Positions 7,907-17,253 of a stretch of 30,537 nucleotides of DNA are shown in pieces. The position numbers were made by a program, and so were the translations under genes. The first letter of the stretch is position 1. Each line of letters opens with the position of its first letter. Origin of the DNA: an uncultured Candidatus Saccharibacteria bacterium. Lineage in GTDB: Bacteria > Patescibacteriota > Saccharimonadia > UBA4664 > CAYXHD01. The notes beneath the pieces were generated by a model. That model worked only from the letters and a program-made list of their open reading frames with translations. It searched no databases and had not been told where the DNA came from. The stretch spans positions 1-30,537 of the forward strand of contig CAYPFI010000001.1 of assembly GCA_964410005.1 (NCBI GenBank). Reading direction: 5' to 3'.

Positions 7907-9484
7907 CTAGAAATCGAGTACGTGCTCAACTTCTTCTAGTGTAGTCTGCCCATTAAGGACTTTTAAGATGCCATCCTGTACAAGCGTGACCATACCCGAG
8001 GCGACAGCTACTTCTTCAATCTGATCAGCTGTGATCTGATCGGTTCCGCTCAAAAGAACTTCTAGTTCCTTAGTCATTACTAATTGCTCAACTACGGGCA
8101 CACGGTCACGGTACCCGAGGCCATTGCAGGCCGCACAGCCTTTACCCTGGAAGACCGTAGCGCTGTTGAGTCGGGCTTGGGTTTCCGCTGGCAGATTGCT
8201 GAGAGCTTTTTGAATTCGAGCCTTGGTAACGCTATCGAGCTCCACGGCTTGCTTACAGTTTTCACATACCTTACGAAGGAGACGCTGGGCATTGATGATC
8301 TTGAGGGAAGAGGCGAGTAGTGCGTTGTCGCCAGCCATATCGAGTAAGCGACTGATAGCCGTGGATGCAGAGCTAGCATGGAAGGTAGATAGCAGTAGGT
8401 GGCCGGTGAGCGAAGCCTGTAGGGCGGTTTTGGCGGTGTCCAGATCACGAATCTCGCCAATCATAATAGTGTTGGGGTCTTCACGCAAGACGGCTCGGAG
8501 TTTTTCGGCAAATAACTCCTTATCTTCGCTATGGATGGGGATTTGGGTGACACCAGGAAGATCATACTCAACAGGGTCTTCCAGGGTAATGACCTTAGTT
8601 TCTGGGGTGTTGAGTTCATTCACAATAGAGTAGAGTGCAGATGTCTTACCTGAGCCAGTAGGGCCAACAGCCAGTATCATGCCGTTGGGGCGATGAATAG
8701 CGGTCTTGAGGGTAGCGAGCTGCTGCTCAGAGAAGCCGCGATTGTCGATTCTGAGGAAGGTGGCCTCCATGCCAAAAATACGGACTACAATTTCTTCGCC
8801 GTGGAAGGAGGGGATGGTCTCGATACGCATGTTGACTGACTGCTTGGCGCCCTTGATGTCGACGAGATCAAAGCTGATACGACCGCTTTGTGGGTCATCT
8901 GAGCCCCATTTGATGTTGGCGCGGGTCTGGAGGTCAGCTAGGAAGATTTTATAGCTCTCAGTGTTTACTTCAGTAATAGGATGAAGCGTCCCGTCGATAC
9001 GGAAGCGAATACGAGCAGCAGCTTCTTGTGGCTCGATATGAATATCGCTGGAGCGCAGTAAGTGGGCTAGCTGAGCAATTAACTGGAAGGCTTGCTTGGG
9101 AGCGGTGGCGGCTAGGCGTGGGCCAAAGGCAGCAAAGTCGCCGTCGAGCTCCTTCTTGAAGCTACCTAGATACAGAGCATTAATAATATCTTGGTAACCA
9201 GCATCACTAATCGTTTTAAAGGTAACTTGGTGGCCTTCAAGTTTGGCGGCGATGGTCTGGAGCTGTGTCCGATCGGTGGCTGTCGTGATGCCCAACTCAA
9301 CCGCCTTAGTCTCTGGACCATATACCAGAGGGGCTATACGGTATTCGAGGAATTGTTCATAGGTAAGTAAGCCATCGAGTAGCGGATAGCTAGCTAGATC
9401 ACGAATATCCAGGTAGGGAGTACCACTACTTATGGCTAGCTGCTGAGCGGCTGCCTCGGATGCGGTACGCTGTTCATCGTTCAT
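7907..9484 (-). CDS. pilB: GspE/PulE/PilB-family type IV pilus assembly ATPase
   Basis: Walker A GPTGSGKT, Asp box TLEDPVEY, Walker B IMIGEIRD, His box GHLLLSTFH, tetracysteine CENC...CAAC, and RIRFRIDG motif. Start placed at MNDEQ (9484), 8 nt after TGcTATTAT. Confidence 0.9.
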   Translation of the reverse strand: MNDEQRTASEAAAQQLAISSGTPYLDIRDLASYPLLDGLLTYEQFLEYRIAPLVYGPETKAVELGITTATDRTQLQTIAAKLEGHQVTFKTISDAGYQDIINALYLGSFKKELDGDFAAFGPRLAATAPKQAFQLIAQLAHLLRSSDIHIEPQEAAARIRFRIDGTLHPITEVNTESYKIFLADLQTRANIKWGSDDPQSGRISFDLVDIKGAKQSVNMRIETIPSFHGEEIVVRIFGMEATFLRIDNRGFSEQQLATLKTAIHRPNGMILAVGPTGSGKTSALYSIVNELNTPETKVITLEDPVEYDLPGVTQIPIHSEDKELFAEKLRAVLREDPNTIMIGEIRDLDTAKTALQASLTGHLLLSTFHASSASTAISRLLDMAGDNALLASSLKIINAQRLLRKVCENCKQAVELDSVTKARIQKALSNLPAETQARLNSATVFQGKGCAACNGLGYRDRVPVVEQLVMTKELEVLLSGTDQITADQIEEVAVASGMVTLVQDGILKVLNGQTTLEEVEHVLDF

Positions 9485-9570
9485 ATATGACAATAATAGC
9501 ACTATGGGCCTCAAAATGCTTGTGTTCAGCTTTCCAGGATGCTTTAATGAGCTTAAGGTCTTATATCTCT

Positions 9571-11001
9571 ATGCAAGAAACCAAAGGCGCACCCAAGCAG
9601 GTGCAACTCAAAAACTCCCACTGGAAGCAATGGCTACTTGTAACTGGCATTGTGGCGGGAAGCTTTGCATTGCTCAATTTGGCCATCTGGGGCATTTATT
9701 ATAACCGAGCATATCCTGGCGTGAAGGTCGGGGCTACAAATCTTGGCAACGCCTCTCGAGTAGGTGTTCGATCTCAGCTTGGCGCCAGTACTAATGCATA
9801 TCTATTGACCGTTGAGGTAAAAGGCCAAGAAAAGACGGTTCAGCCGAGTGACATCGGTCTGACATATGACTTAGAGTCAAGTACGAGCCAGGCAGTGAGT
9901 CAGGGAAAGAATTTTATCGTGCCGTTATATGGGCTTATTGATGCTTGGCGACATGGCCAGACAGACCTTACGTATAAGGTGGATGAAGCGAAATTGGCGA
10001 GTGTGTCAACTGATCTGGCGGGGCCAGAATCAACGCCGGCTACCGATGCCAAGGTGGTAATTACTGGCGATCAAATAAGTGTTGAGGCTGACAAGCCAGG
10101 ACAGGGCGTTGATTCTCGAGTACTCCAAGGGCAGATTGAGGAGCAGTTGCTTGTCGCGGGTCGTCAGGTTAGTGCATCGGAGGGCTCAACCCAAGCTAAG
10201 ATCGATACCAAGGAAGCAGAAGTTGTCGCAGACGAAGCTCGAAAGCTAGTGAGTCTCAAGTTTGAGGTGCAAGCAGGCAGCAAGAGCTTTGCACCAGATA
10301 AGGTCGAGATAGGGAAATGGATTACGTTTACTACCGATAAAGAAGAAAAGCTGACAATTGCTCCTAATAAAGACGCGATTAATACCTATGTGGCTTCGGT
10401 AGCCAGTCAGGTCGATGTCGCGGCGGTAACTAAGCAGATTAACATGGTTAATGGCGCGGTACGTACGGTAAATGAAGGTAAAAATGGTTTGGCCCTCGAT
10501 CAGGCAGCCTTGGTTGCAGCTCTGGCAGCTGGAATTACTGATAAGAAGGAGACGGTTGCCCTCGGAGTGGCTAATACGGTAACTTTCAAGACCCGCACCA
10601 ATAACACAGTTGATCTGGAGGGTAAGTATATCGAGATAAATTTAAGCCGCCAACACCTGTGGGCTTACGACAACAAGCAGCTGGTCTTTGATGCGCCTAT
10701 TACATCCGGTGCAACCGGCGCCGGCTTTGCTACCGTACAAGGCCTATTTAGTATTAAGGCCAAGCAAACGAATCGTAATTTAAATGGCTATGGTATTGGC
10801 TACGACTACAATGTCTTTGTAAATTATTGGATGCCATTTAGCGGCAACTATGGCATGCATGACGCGTCATGGCGCACGTCATTTGGTGGTCAGGATTATT
10901 ACTACGGCGGCTCACACGGCTGCGTGAATTTGCCGGCCGCGGCGGCCGCGTGGGTATACAACTTTGTGAACGTCGGGACGCCCGTGTGGGTGCATTCGTA
11001 A
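9571..11001 (+). CDS. L,D-transpeptidase (YkuD family) with N-terminal TM helix and peptidoglycan-binding-like domains
   Basis: YIEINLSRQHLWAY, YWMPF, and catalytic GMHDASW...GSHGCVNL. TM helix WLLVTGIVAGSFALLNLAIWGIY. Start uncertain (9547 or 9571). Confidence 0.88.
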   Translation: MQETKGAPKQVQLKNSHWKQWLLVTGIVAGSFALLNLAIWGIYYNRAYPGVKVGATNLGNASRVGVRSQLGASTNAYLLTVEVKGQEKTVQPSDIGLTYDLESSTSQAVSQGKNFIVPLYGLIDAWRHGQTDLTYKVDEAKLASVSTDLAGPESTPATDAKVVITGDQISVEADKPGQGVDSRVLQGQIEEQLLVAGRQVSASEGSTQAKIDTKEAEVVADEARKLVSLKFEVQAGSKSFAPDKVEIGKWITFTTDKEEKLTIAPNKDAINTYVASVASQVDVAAVTKQINMVNGAVRTVNEGKNGLALDQAALVAALAAGITDKKETVALGVANTVTFKTRTNNTVDLEGKYIEINLSRQHLWAYDNKQLVFDAPITSGATGAGFATVQGLFSIKAKQTNRNLNGYGIGYDYNVFVNYWMPFSGNYGMHDASWRTSFGGQDYYYGGSHGCVNLPAAAAAWVYNFVNVGTPVWVHS

Positions 11002-11038
11002 GGCCCTTCTAAGGCCCTGTGGGGCGCGTTAGGACATA

Positions 11039-11068
11039 AGTTTGGCAAGTCTTCGCCAAGCTTTTTTT
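11039..11068 (+). terminator. Intrinsic terminator after the L,D-transpeptidase gene
   Basis: AGTTTGGC/GCCAAGCT stem followed by a T7 tract (11062-11068). Confidence 0.7.
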
Positions 11069-11145
11069 GATGAAGCTAGGCGGCTTACAAATTGATAGTT
11101 GCCCGTGGGGGAGTGAACATGGACTTTGGGGTCTCATATTTTGAT

Positions 11146-11174
11146 AAAAGAAAAACGGCTTTGGAAAGCCGTTT
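11146..11174 (-). terminator. Intrinsic terminator on the minus strand (smpB 3' region)
   Basis: Minus strand AAACGGCTT-TCCA-AAGCCGTTT followed by TTCTTTT. Confidence 0.7.
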
Positions 11175-11234
11175 CTCGGGTGTATTTTGCTTGGTTTTTG
11201 TTTTGAGTACTTTTTTTATCCAGTACCTATTTCA

Positions 11235-11264
11235 AGAATAGCCCAGAAGCATAAGCAGTGTCAA
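11235..11264 (-). promoter_or_regulatory. Putative sigma70 promoter inside the smpB 3' intergenic region
   Basis: Minus strand TTGACA (11264-11259), 18-nt spacer, TATTCT (11240-11235). No ATG lies between it and the terminator. Confidence 0.5.
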
Positions 11265-11300
11265 CACTTTTTTACTAAAAAAGTTACGCTTTCCGCGCAA

Positions 11301-11747
11301 CTATTTTTGATTCTTAATTTCGCGGGCGATGTCGCGTTGCGTTTGGCGGGCTTTTAAGACGGCACGCTTGTCGTATTTTTTTTGTCCGCGGCCAAGACCG
11401 ATTTCTAATTTAACAAGCCCGCGTGAAATGCCAATGGCCAATGGCACGGCCTGTACGTTGGCGTGCTTGGCGGCGATGATTTCGTCGAGCTGTTTTTTGT
11501 GGACGAGAAGTTTGCGTGGGCGTGTGGGGTCGTAGTCGCCATTGGCCGAACTATTGGCGTATTTGCGAATGTGCGCGCTTACTAAGTAAGCTTCGCCGCC
11601 ACGAATACTAACATAACTGCCTTTGAGGCTGACTTCGCCGGCCTTGGCGCTTTTGACTTCGGCGCCAGACAACACTAAACCAGCCACTATTCGTTCATCG
11701 ATAGCGTAATCATAGGTTCCGCGCTTGTTTTTAGCTACGATTTTCAT
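11301..11747 (-). CDS. smpB: SsrA-binding protein SmpB
   Basis: N(K/R)xA..Y.I...AGLVLSGAEVKS, DPTRPRKLLVH, KLEIGLGRGQKKYDKR and a basic C-terminal tail. Confidence 0.97.
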   Translation of the reverse strand: MKIVAKNKRGTYDYAIDERIVAGLVLSGAEVKSAKAGEVSLKGSYVSIRGGEAYLVSAHIRKYANSSANGDYDPTRPRKLLVHKKQLDEIIAAKHANVQAVPLAIGISRGLVKLEIGLGRGQKKYDKRAVLKARQTQRDIAREIKNQK

Positions 11748-11793
11748 GCTTACATTATACCTTATAGGGGCCTATATCTGATATAATTGGCCT
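11748..11793. promoter_or_regulatory. 46-bp bidirectional promoter region for smpB and argS
   Basis: Minus TATAAT (11759-11754) plus 6 nt to the smpB ATG; plus TATAAT (11782-11787) plus 6 nt to the argS ATG. Central palindrome TATAGG-GG-CCTATA (11763-11776). Confidence 0.7.
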
Positions 11794-13386
11794 ATGGTTA
11801 CCCAAAAACTCAATTCTGAGCTCTCAAAACTGATTAAAAGCACCTTTGATCTGGACATTACGCCTGATCAGGTTCAATTTATGCCTGCAGAGGAGCAGTT
11901 TGGCGACTTCGGCACCAGTGTTGCTCTCCAGTTGGCTGGTCGATTAAAGCAGAATCCCCGAGAAATTGCTCAACAACTAGCTGATTCCTTCGAGAGTGAA
12001 GTTGTAGCCAGGGTTGATGTAGCTGGGGCTGGATACCTAAACGTCACGCTAAAAGAGGATTACTGGAAGACGGTTCTATCTGATATTAACGCTGATTATG
12101 CCAAAAATGACCTTGGTAAGGGTCAAAAAGCCCAAGTTGAGTTCATTTCTGCTAATCCCACCGGCCCAACGACTATTGGTAACGCCCGCGGCGGCTTTAT
12201 TGGGGACGTACTCAGTAATGTATTGGCCCAATCTGGCTATCAGGTTACACGTGAGTATTACTTTAATAATGCTGGCACCCAGATTAGCAAGCTTCTTGAG
12301 AGTATTAAGATGGAGGCTGGCTTGCTTCCTGAGACAGAAGAGCGCCAGTACAGGGGAGAGTACATCGAGAAGATGGCTGCCCAGTACAAAGAAGAGCTCT
12401 CGAGTAAATCAGATGAAGAATTAGCTACTTTAATTACGACTCATATCTTAAGAGAATACATTGAGCCAGCCGTTTCCTCGATGGGAATCACCTTTGATGA
12501 GTGGTTTAACGAGAAAACAGTCTTAGAAGATGGTAGTTTTGACGCTACTATCGAGAAATTAAAGGCGTTAGACCTGGTATTTGAGCGCGATGGAGCTGTT
12601 TGGCTCAATACCGGCAAGCTCGGTGATGAGCGAGAAGAGCGCGTTATTATTAAAAGCAACGGCGATCCTACCTATATGGCACCGGATATTGCCTATCATG
12701 CCAATATCTTTGGAAAACGTGACTTTGACTACGCCATAAAGGTGTTGGGCCCTGACCATATTGCCCAATTCCCGTCGGTAAAAGCTGCCGTTATGGCGTT
12801 ATATCCAGATAAGCGCCTCGAGATGGCGGGTTATCAATGGCTGCGCCTGATGAAGGATGGCAAGGAAGTAAAGGTTAGTAAGCGATTGGGCCAGTTTGTT
12901 ACGGTTCAAGATCTGATAGATCAGGTTGGCGTAGGGGTAGCTCGTATGCTCATCCTGATGCGCTCCAGTAACAGCATGATGGACTTTGATCTGGACTTGG
13001 CGCGCCAACAGAGTAACGAGAACCCTTACTACTATGTAATGTACAGCTATGCGCGTGCTTGCTCGCTCTTAAATAAGGCTAAAGAGGCTGGTTTAGAGCC
13101 TGGGACGAAGCCAAATGATCTTGATGTAAATGATGTGCGTTTGATAAAGGCTTTATCTGATTTGCCTACGGAAATTCCTGAAATTACCGCTGATTATCAA
13201 GTTCATAAGCTGGCCTTTATGGCGCATGAGTGGGGCAAAGCCTTCCATGACTATTATGAAAGCGCTCGCATTCTTGATATGGAGCCCGAAGCAGCCGGTA
13301 CGAAGCTGCTCGTTATCGAGAAATATAAAGTGGCGCTTGAGGTGCTGCTCGGGATTCTCGGTATCGAACCTGTCTCCTCTATGTAG
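11794..13386 (+). CDS. argS: Arginine--tRNA ligase
   Basis: FGDF/AGAGYLN N-terminal motifs, VEFISANPTGP, REYYFNNAG, SNGDPTY, KVSKRLG, and ENPYYYVMYSYAR anticodon-binding domain. Confidence 0.97.
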   Translation: MVTQKLNSELSKLIKSTFDLDITPDQVQFMPAEEQFGDFGTSVALQLAGRLKQNPREIAQQLADSFESEVVARVDVAGAGYLNVTLKEDYWKTVLSDINADYAKNDLGKGQKAQVEFISANPTGPTTIGNARGGFIGDVLSNVLAQSGYQVTREYYFNNAGTQISKLLESIKMEAGLLPETEERQYRGEYIEKMAAQYKEELSSKSDEELATLITTHILREYIEPAVSSMGITFDEWFNEKTVLEDGSFDATIEKLKALDLVFERDGAVWLNTGKLGDEREERVIIKSNGDPTYMAPDIAYHANIFGKRDFDYAIKVLGPDHIAQFPSVKAAVMALYPDKRLEMAGYQWLRLMKDGKEVKVSKRLGQFVTVQDLIDQVGVGVARMLILMRSSNSMMDFDLDLARQQSNENPYYYVMYSYARACSLLNKAKEAGLEPGTKPNDLDVNDVRLIKALSDLPTEIPEITADYQVHKLAFMAHEWGKAFHDYYESARILDMEPEAAGTKLLVIEKYKVALEVLLGILGIEPVSSM

Positions 13387-13416
13387 TAAATACTATTATT
13401 TTTAATAGTATTTACT
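13385..13416. terminator. Perfect 14-bp AT-rich inverted repeat between convergent genes (putative terminator)
   Basis: AGTAAATACTATTA-TTTT-TAATAGTATTTACT. Confidence 0.55.
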
Positions 13417-13430
13417 CTTAATATGCTTAG

Positions 13431-14345
13431 TTATCGGATTCGGAGCTTCTTGTAGCCGGCTTTTATGCCATCAACGGATTTGTGTGCTACCTTCTTAGTA
13501 GACGGAACAGCAACGCTGACAGTCCAATGACCAAATCGGCTGGCAAGCACCACGACTTTTCGGCTCGTTTTCTTTATGGCAGGTACCGTTGAGGCTTTAG
13601 CGACATCACCAAAGCTCTCTTTTGAGCTGATATCGATTACGGTTGTGTTTCCACCTGCGGCAAACTCAGCCAGGTATTCAGGTGCGGCAATTTCGATAAT
13701 CACCGCAGCAGCGCGGTAACTATCTAGTCGATTGTCAGCCAGCTTGGCGAGCTTAGTCGCACTAGTGGTCGGCGTGTTGTCCATGATACTGTTCTTTATC
13801 TGATCAATACTTATGTGATGGAAAAGCCCAGGTGTTGCCAGGAGCAGTTTGTCGCCACTCTTGATCTGGCCGTCAGCTACTTCAGAGAAGGTCGATTGCT
13901 TCTTGCTGGAGACCTGTTGGGGTAGTGAGTCGGTGATACGAATAAAACTACGGCCACGATTCATATGGGCTTCGGCTTTTCCAGTGTGCACAACAGATAC
14001 AGTCTGATCCTTAATGTGCACAACTACGGCATTGATGGCGGTCGTTGGATACTGGCTAGCTAGGGCCTTATTGGCATGAGAGATAGCGGTCTCGAAGGAG
14101 AACACTTCTTGGTCGCTGCCAGGGATAGGGAAGAGGTGGTCGAGTTGGCCAGTGATGAGCGCCGAAACGGCATCACCAATTTTAACATCACCAAGTACCT
14201 CGATGAGGCCATAAACGGTAGTAGCCGACTCTTCTTGATTGAGTTGAATCTCTGAGCCGCGTTCATAGCAATAGATAAAGCTACTGGCACCAGATCGGCG
14301 AGTGCGGGGTATAATCTGAGCGGCATAAGGCACGAGCATAGACAT
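13431..14345 (-). CDS. PP2C/PPM-fold protein with degenerate catalytic motifs and a basic C-terminal tail (304 aa)
   Basis: FETAISHANKAL, AVVVHIKDQTVSVVHTGKAEAHMNRG and GQIKSGDKLLLATPGL resemble PP2C segments. Start at 14345 has AGGAG 9 nt upstream. Confidence 0.65.
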   Translation of the reverse strand: MSMLVPYAAQIIPRTRRSGASSFIYCYERGSEIQLNQEESATTVYGLIEVLGDVKIGDAVSALITGQLDHLFPIPGSDQEVFSFETAISHANKALASQYPTTAINAVVVHIKDQTVSVVHTGKAEAHMNRGRSFIRITDSLPQQVSSKKQSTFSEVADGQIKSGDKLLLATPGLFHHISIDQIKNSIMDNTPTTSATKLAKLADNRLDSYRAAAVIIEIAAPEYLAEFAAGGNTTVIDISSKESFGDVAKASTVPAIKKTSRKVVVLASRFGHWTVSVAVPSTKKVAHKSVDGIKAGYKKLRIR

Positions 14346-14430
14346 GTTGGTTAACTCCTGTTGTAACTCCATAATAGCGCTTATGGCTCAGATAGGCAAC
14401 AGGTTGTATAATAGAAGCAATAGGAGGGGC

Positions 14431-17253
14431 ATGGAGTTAACTGATTTAAATCAAGCGCAGCGAGCCGCCGTCGAGCATGACAAGGGGCCGCTCTTGGTTG
14501 TGGCTGGCGCCGGTACTGGTAAGACGCAGGTTATTACTCGTCGTATAGCTTATCTGGTCCAGGAGCGTGGTGTACCGGCCAGCCAGATACTGGCGCTAAC
14601 CTTTACCGATAAAGCGGCTCACGAGATGCAGGAGCGTGTTGATAGCTTGTTGCCGTATGGAGTAGTCGATACCAATATTATGACCTTTCATAGCTTTGGT
14701 GATCAGATAGTACGCGAGTATGGCCTAGAAGTTGGTCTGATGCCGGGTTCAGTAGTGATGAGCACGGCTCAACAGCTGGTATTTATGCGCGACAACATTG
14801 ATAAGTTTAATCTGGAGTACTTTGCGCCTATCAGCAAGCCCGATAGCCTCCTCGGAGAGCTGGCTTCCTATTTTGGGCGGCTCAAGGAGGAGATAGTTTC
14901 GCCTGGAGCTTATCTGAAGTACGCAGCAGGCCTAGAGGATCTCGATAGAGAAAAACACATGGAGCTGGGGCAAGCTTATCGTATCTATTGTCAGCTTACT
15001 CGAGAGAGAGGGCTCATGGACTTTGCTGATCAGATAGCGTTGCCGCTAGAGCTCCTCGAGAAGCGTCCTAATATCGTGCAAGAGTTGCGAAAGCGCTACC
15101 AGTATATCTTGGTTGATGAATTCCAAGATACGAACATTTCGCAGAATAAACTTGTTCAGCAAATTGCCGGCCCATCTGGGAACATCATGGTGGTGGGTGA
15201 TGATGATCAGAGTATTTATAAGTTCCGTGGTGCGGCGATTAGCAATATTTTGGATTTCTCTTCCACCTATAAGGATACGGCCCAAATCGTTTTAACCGAA
15301 AATTATCGTTCAACCCAGCAAGTTTTGGATGCTGCCTACCAGCTCATCCAGCACAATAATCCGGATCGTCTCGAAGTCCGCAACGCAATCAATAAGCAGC
15401 TTCATGGCCAAATAACTGGTCCTGAGCCGGTGTTGCTCACTGCTGCAACAGGTGACGACGAGTATGAGCAGGTAGCCACCATGATTGCTCAGGCGATCAA
15501 GAAGGGTGAGAGTGCAGGCGATATGGCGGTACTTATCCGCAAGCGTAATCAGGCTGCCTTGGTTATTCGTGCTCTCAAGAATGAAGGAGTGGATTACTAC
15601 TATGCTGGAAATGAAAGCCTGTATGACCGACCAGAGGTGGCTGTACTCCGCGACTTCTTGCAGGTAACAGTTGACCCAACAGATTCAGTTGCTCTCCATC
15701 ACTTGCTGGCCAGTGAAGCGTTTGAGGTGCCGGTAGATCTGTTGATGAGGCTGGGCGCTCAGGCCAAGCGGACCAACATTACGCTTGAAGAAGCTCTGCG
15801 GCAGGAATCAGAATTACCAGAATTACTTGATCAGATAACCGAGTGGCGCAAGCTCTCAAGAGACCTTAGTGTGGGCAAACTACTCTTTAAATTCTCCGAG
15901 GATACCAGCTATCTTGGTAACCTGGTGGAGGCTGCTCGTGATAATCCAGTTAAGGAACAACGCGTCCGCAACGTGGCCAGCTTCTTTACGAGTATAAGCG
16001 AGTACGAGAAGGTAGCCGGTGATACCTCGGCGTTAGCCTACCAGGCTCTGGAAGAAACCTTACGCCAGGCTGGTGATACCTCGGTAGTTAGTGAGATTGA
16101 CGCTTCGCCTGATCAGGTTCAGATTCTTACAACTCATGCAGCCAAGGGCTTGGAGTTCGAGAGAGTATTCATCATTGACCTGGTGGCCGGGACCTTCCCA
16201 TCTATTAATCGCCGAAGTGGCTTAAGTATTCCGCCGGAGTTGCTGGCTGAGGAGCTGCCTGACGAAGGCGCCGCACACATTCAGGAAGAGCGACGCTTGA
16301 TGTATGTTGCGATTACCAGGGCTAAGAAGCATTTGACCTTATCGTGGGCAGCTGATCATGGTGGAAAACGATCCAAGAAGCCCTCGCCATTTATCGGCGA
16401 AGCTTTGGGTGGCGAGCCTGAGGCGCATACCGAGACGAGCGTTCAGGGAGTATTGCAGTTTACCAAGAACTTCGCGACAACTACCAAGAAAGAAATTCAG
16501 CAAAACGCACGATTTATACAAGGCGATTGGTTGGCCCTGACGCCCCATCAGATAGACGACTACTTGATGTGTCCGCTTAACTTCTACTACATTCATGTAC
16601 TAGAAGTGCCGCAACCGCCGCAACCGTCCCTGATGTACGGCACCTTAATGCACGGTTTAATCCATAGTTATTATCTACAACGCCAGAATGGGGAAGTTAA
16701 TATCGAGGTTTTGCACGAGGCAATCGATACGCAGTGGCGCAGTGAAGGCTTTGTTAGCAAGGGGCAGGAGACGCGCCGCAAGGAGCAGGCTCATAAAGCA
16801 CTCGATTACTTTATTGCGAGGCAGCAAGATGAGCTTGAGGCGCCGACTCGGATGGAGATGCCCTTTGAGTTTGAGCTGCCAGATATGAAGGCTCGTATTC
16901 GAGGGCGCATGGACGCGGTTATTGAAGGTGAAAATGGGGTAGAGATTCGCGACTACAAGACAAGTGACGTAGATGATCAGAAAAAGGCTGACAAGAAGGC
17001 TAAGGACAGCTTGCAGCTTGCAACTTATGCGCTAGCTTGGAGGAGTATGATGGGTAAATTGCCTCAAGCAGCCACATTGGACTATATCGAAACTGGTGTT
17101 CGCGGCACAACATCGCCAACAGATACAAGCATTGATGCTTTGTTGCAAAAAATACAACAAGTAGTCGATGGTATCAGGAGTGGCAACTTTGCACCCAGCG
17201 GAAATCATTTTTACTGCGTTCACCGTAAGATTCAGGAGGGTGATGATGCGTGA
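14431..17253 (+). CDS. UvrD/PcrA-like SF1 helicase fused to a C-terminal PD-(D/E)XK nuclease (AddA/AdnB-like architecture), 940 aa
   Basis: AGAGTGKT, LTFT, TFHS, LVDEFQD, VGDDDQSIYKFRGA, ENYRS, THAAKGLEF, EERRLMYVAITRAK; nuclease GRMDAV...EIRDYKT. Start at ATG 14431 has AGGAGG upstream. Confidence 0.92.
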   Translation: MELTDLNQAQRAAVEHDKGPLLVVAGAGTGKTQVITRRIAYLVQERGVPASQILALTFTDKAAHEMQERVDSLLPYGVVDTNIMTFHSFGDQIVREYGLEVGLMPGSVVMSTAQQLVFMRDNIDKFNLEYFAPISKPDSLLGELASYFGRLKEEIVSPGAYLKYAAGLEDLDREKHMELGQAYRIYCQLTRERGLMDFADQIALPLELLEKRPNIVQELRKRYQYILVDEFQDTNISQNKLVQQIAGPSGNIMVVGDDDQSIYKFRGAAISNILDFSSTYKDTAQIVLTENYRSTQQVLDAAYQLIQHNNPDRLEVRNAINKQLHGQITGPEPVLLTAATGDDEYEQVATMIAQAIKKGESAGDMAVLIRKRNQAALVIRALKNEGVDYYYAGNESLYDRPEVAVLRDFLQVTVDPTDSVALHHLLASEAFEVPVDLLMRLGAQAKRTNITLEEALRQESELPELLDQITEWRKLSRDLSVGKLLFKFSEDTSYLGNLVEAARDNPVKEQRVRNVASFFTSISEYEKVAGDTSALAYQALEETLRQAGDTSVVSEIDASPDQVQILTTHAAKGLEFERVFIIDLVAGTFPSINRRSGLSIPPELLAEELPDEGAAHIQEERRLMYVAITRAKKHLTLSWAADHGGKRSKKPSPFIGEALGGEPEAHTETSVQGVLQFTKNFATTTKKEIQQNARFIQGDWLALTPHQIDDYLMCPLNFYYIHVLEVPQPPQPSLMYGTLMHGLIHSYYLQRQNGEVNIEVLHEAIDTQWRSEGFVSKGQETRRKEQAHKALDYFIARQQDELEAPTRMEMPFEFELPDMKARIRGRMDAVIEGENGVEIRDYKTSDVDDQKKADKKAKDSLQLATYALAWRSMMGKLPQAATLDYIETGVRGTTSPTDTSIDALLQKIQQVVDGIRSGNFAPSGNHFYCVHRKIQEGDDA

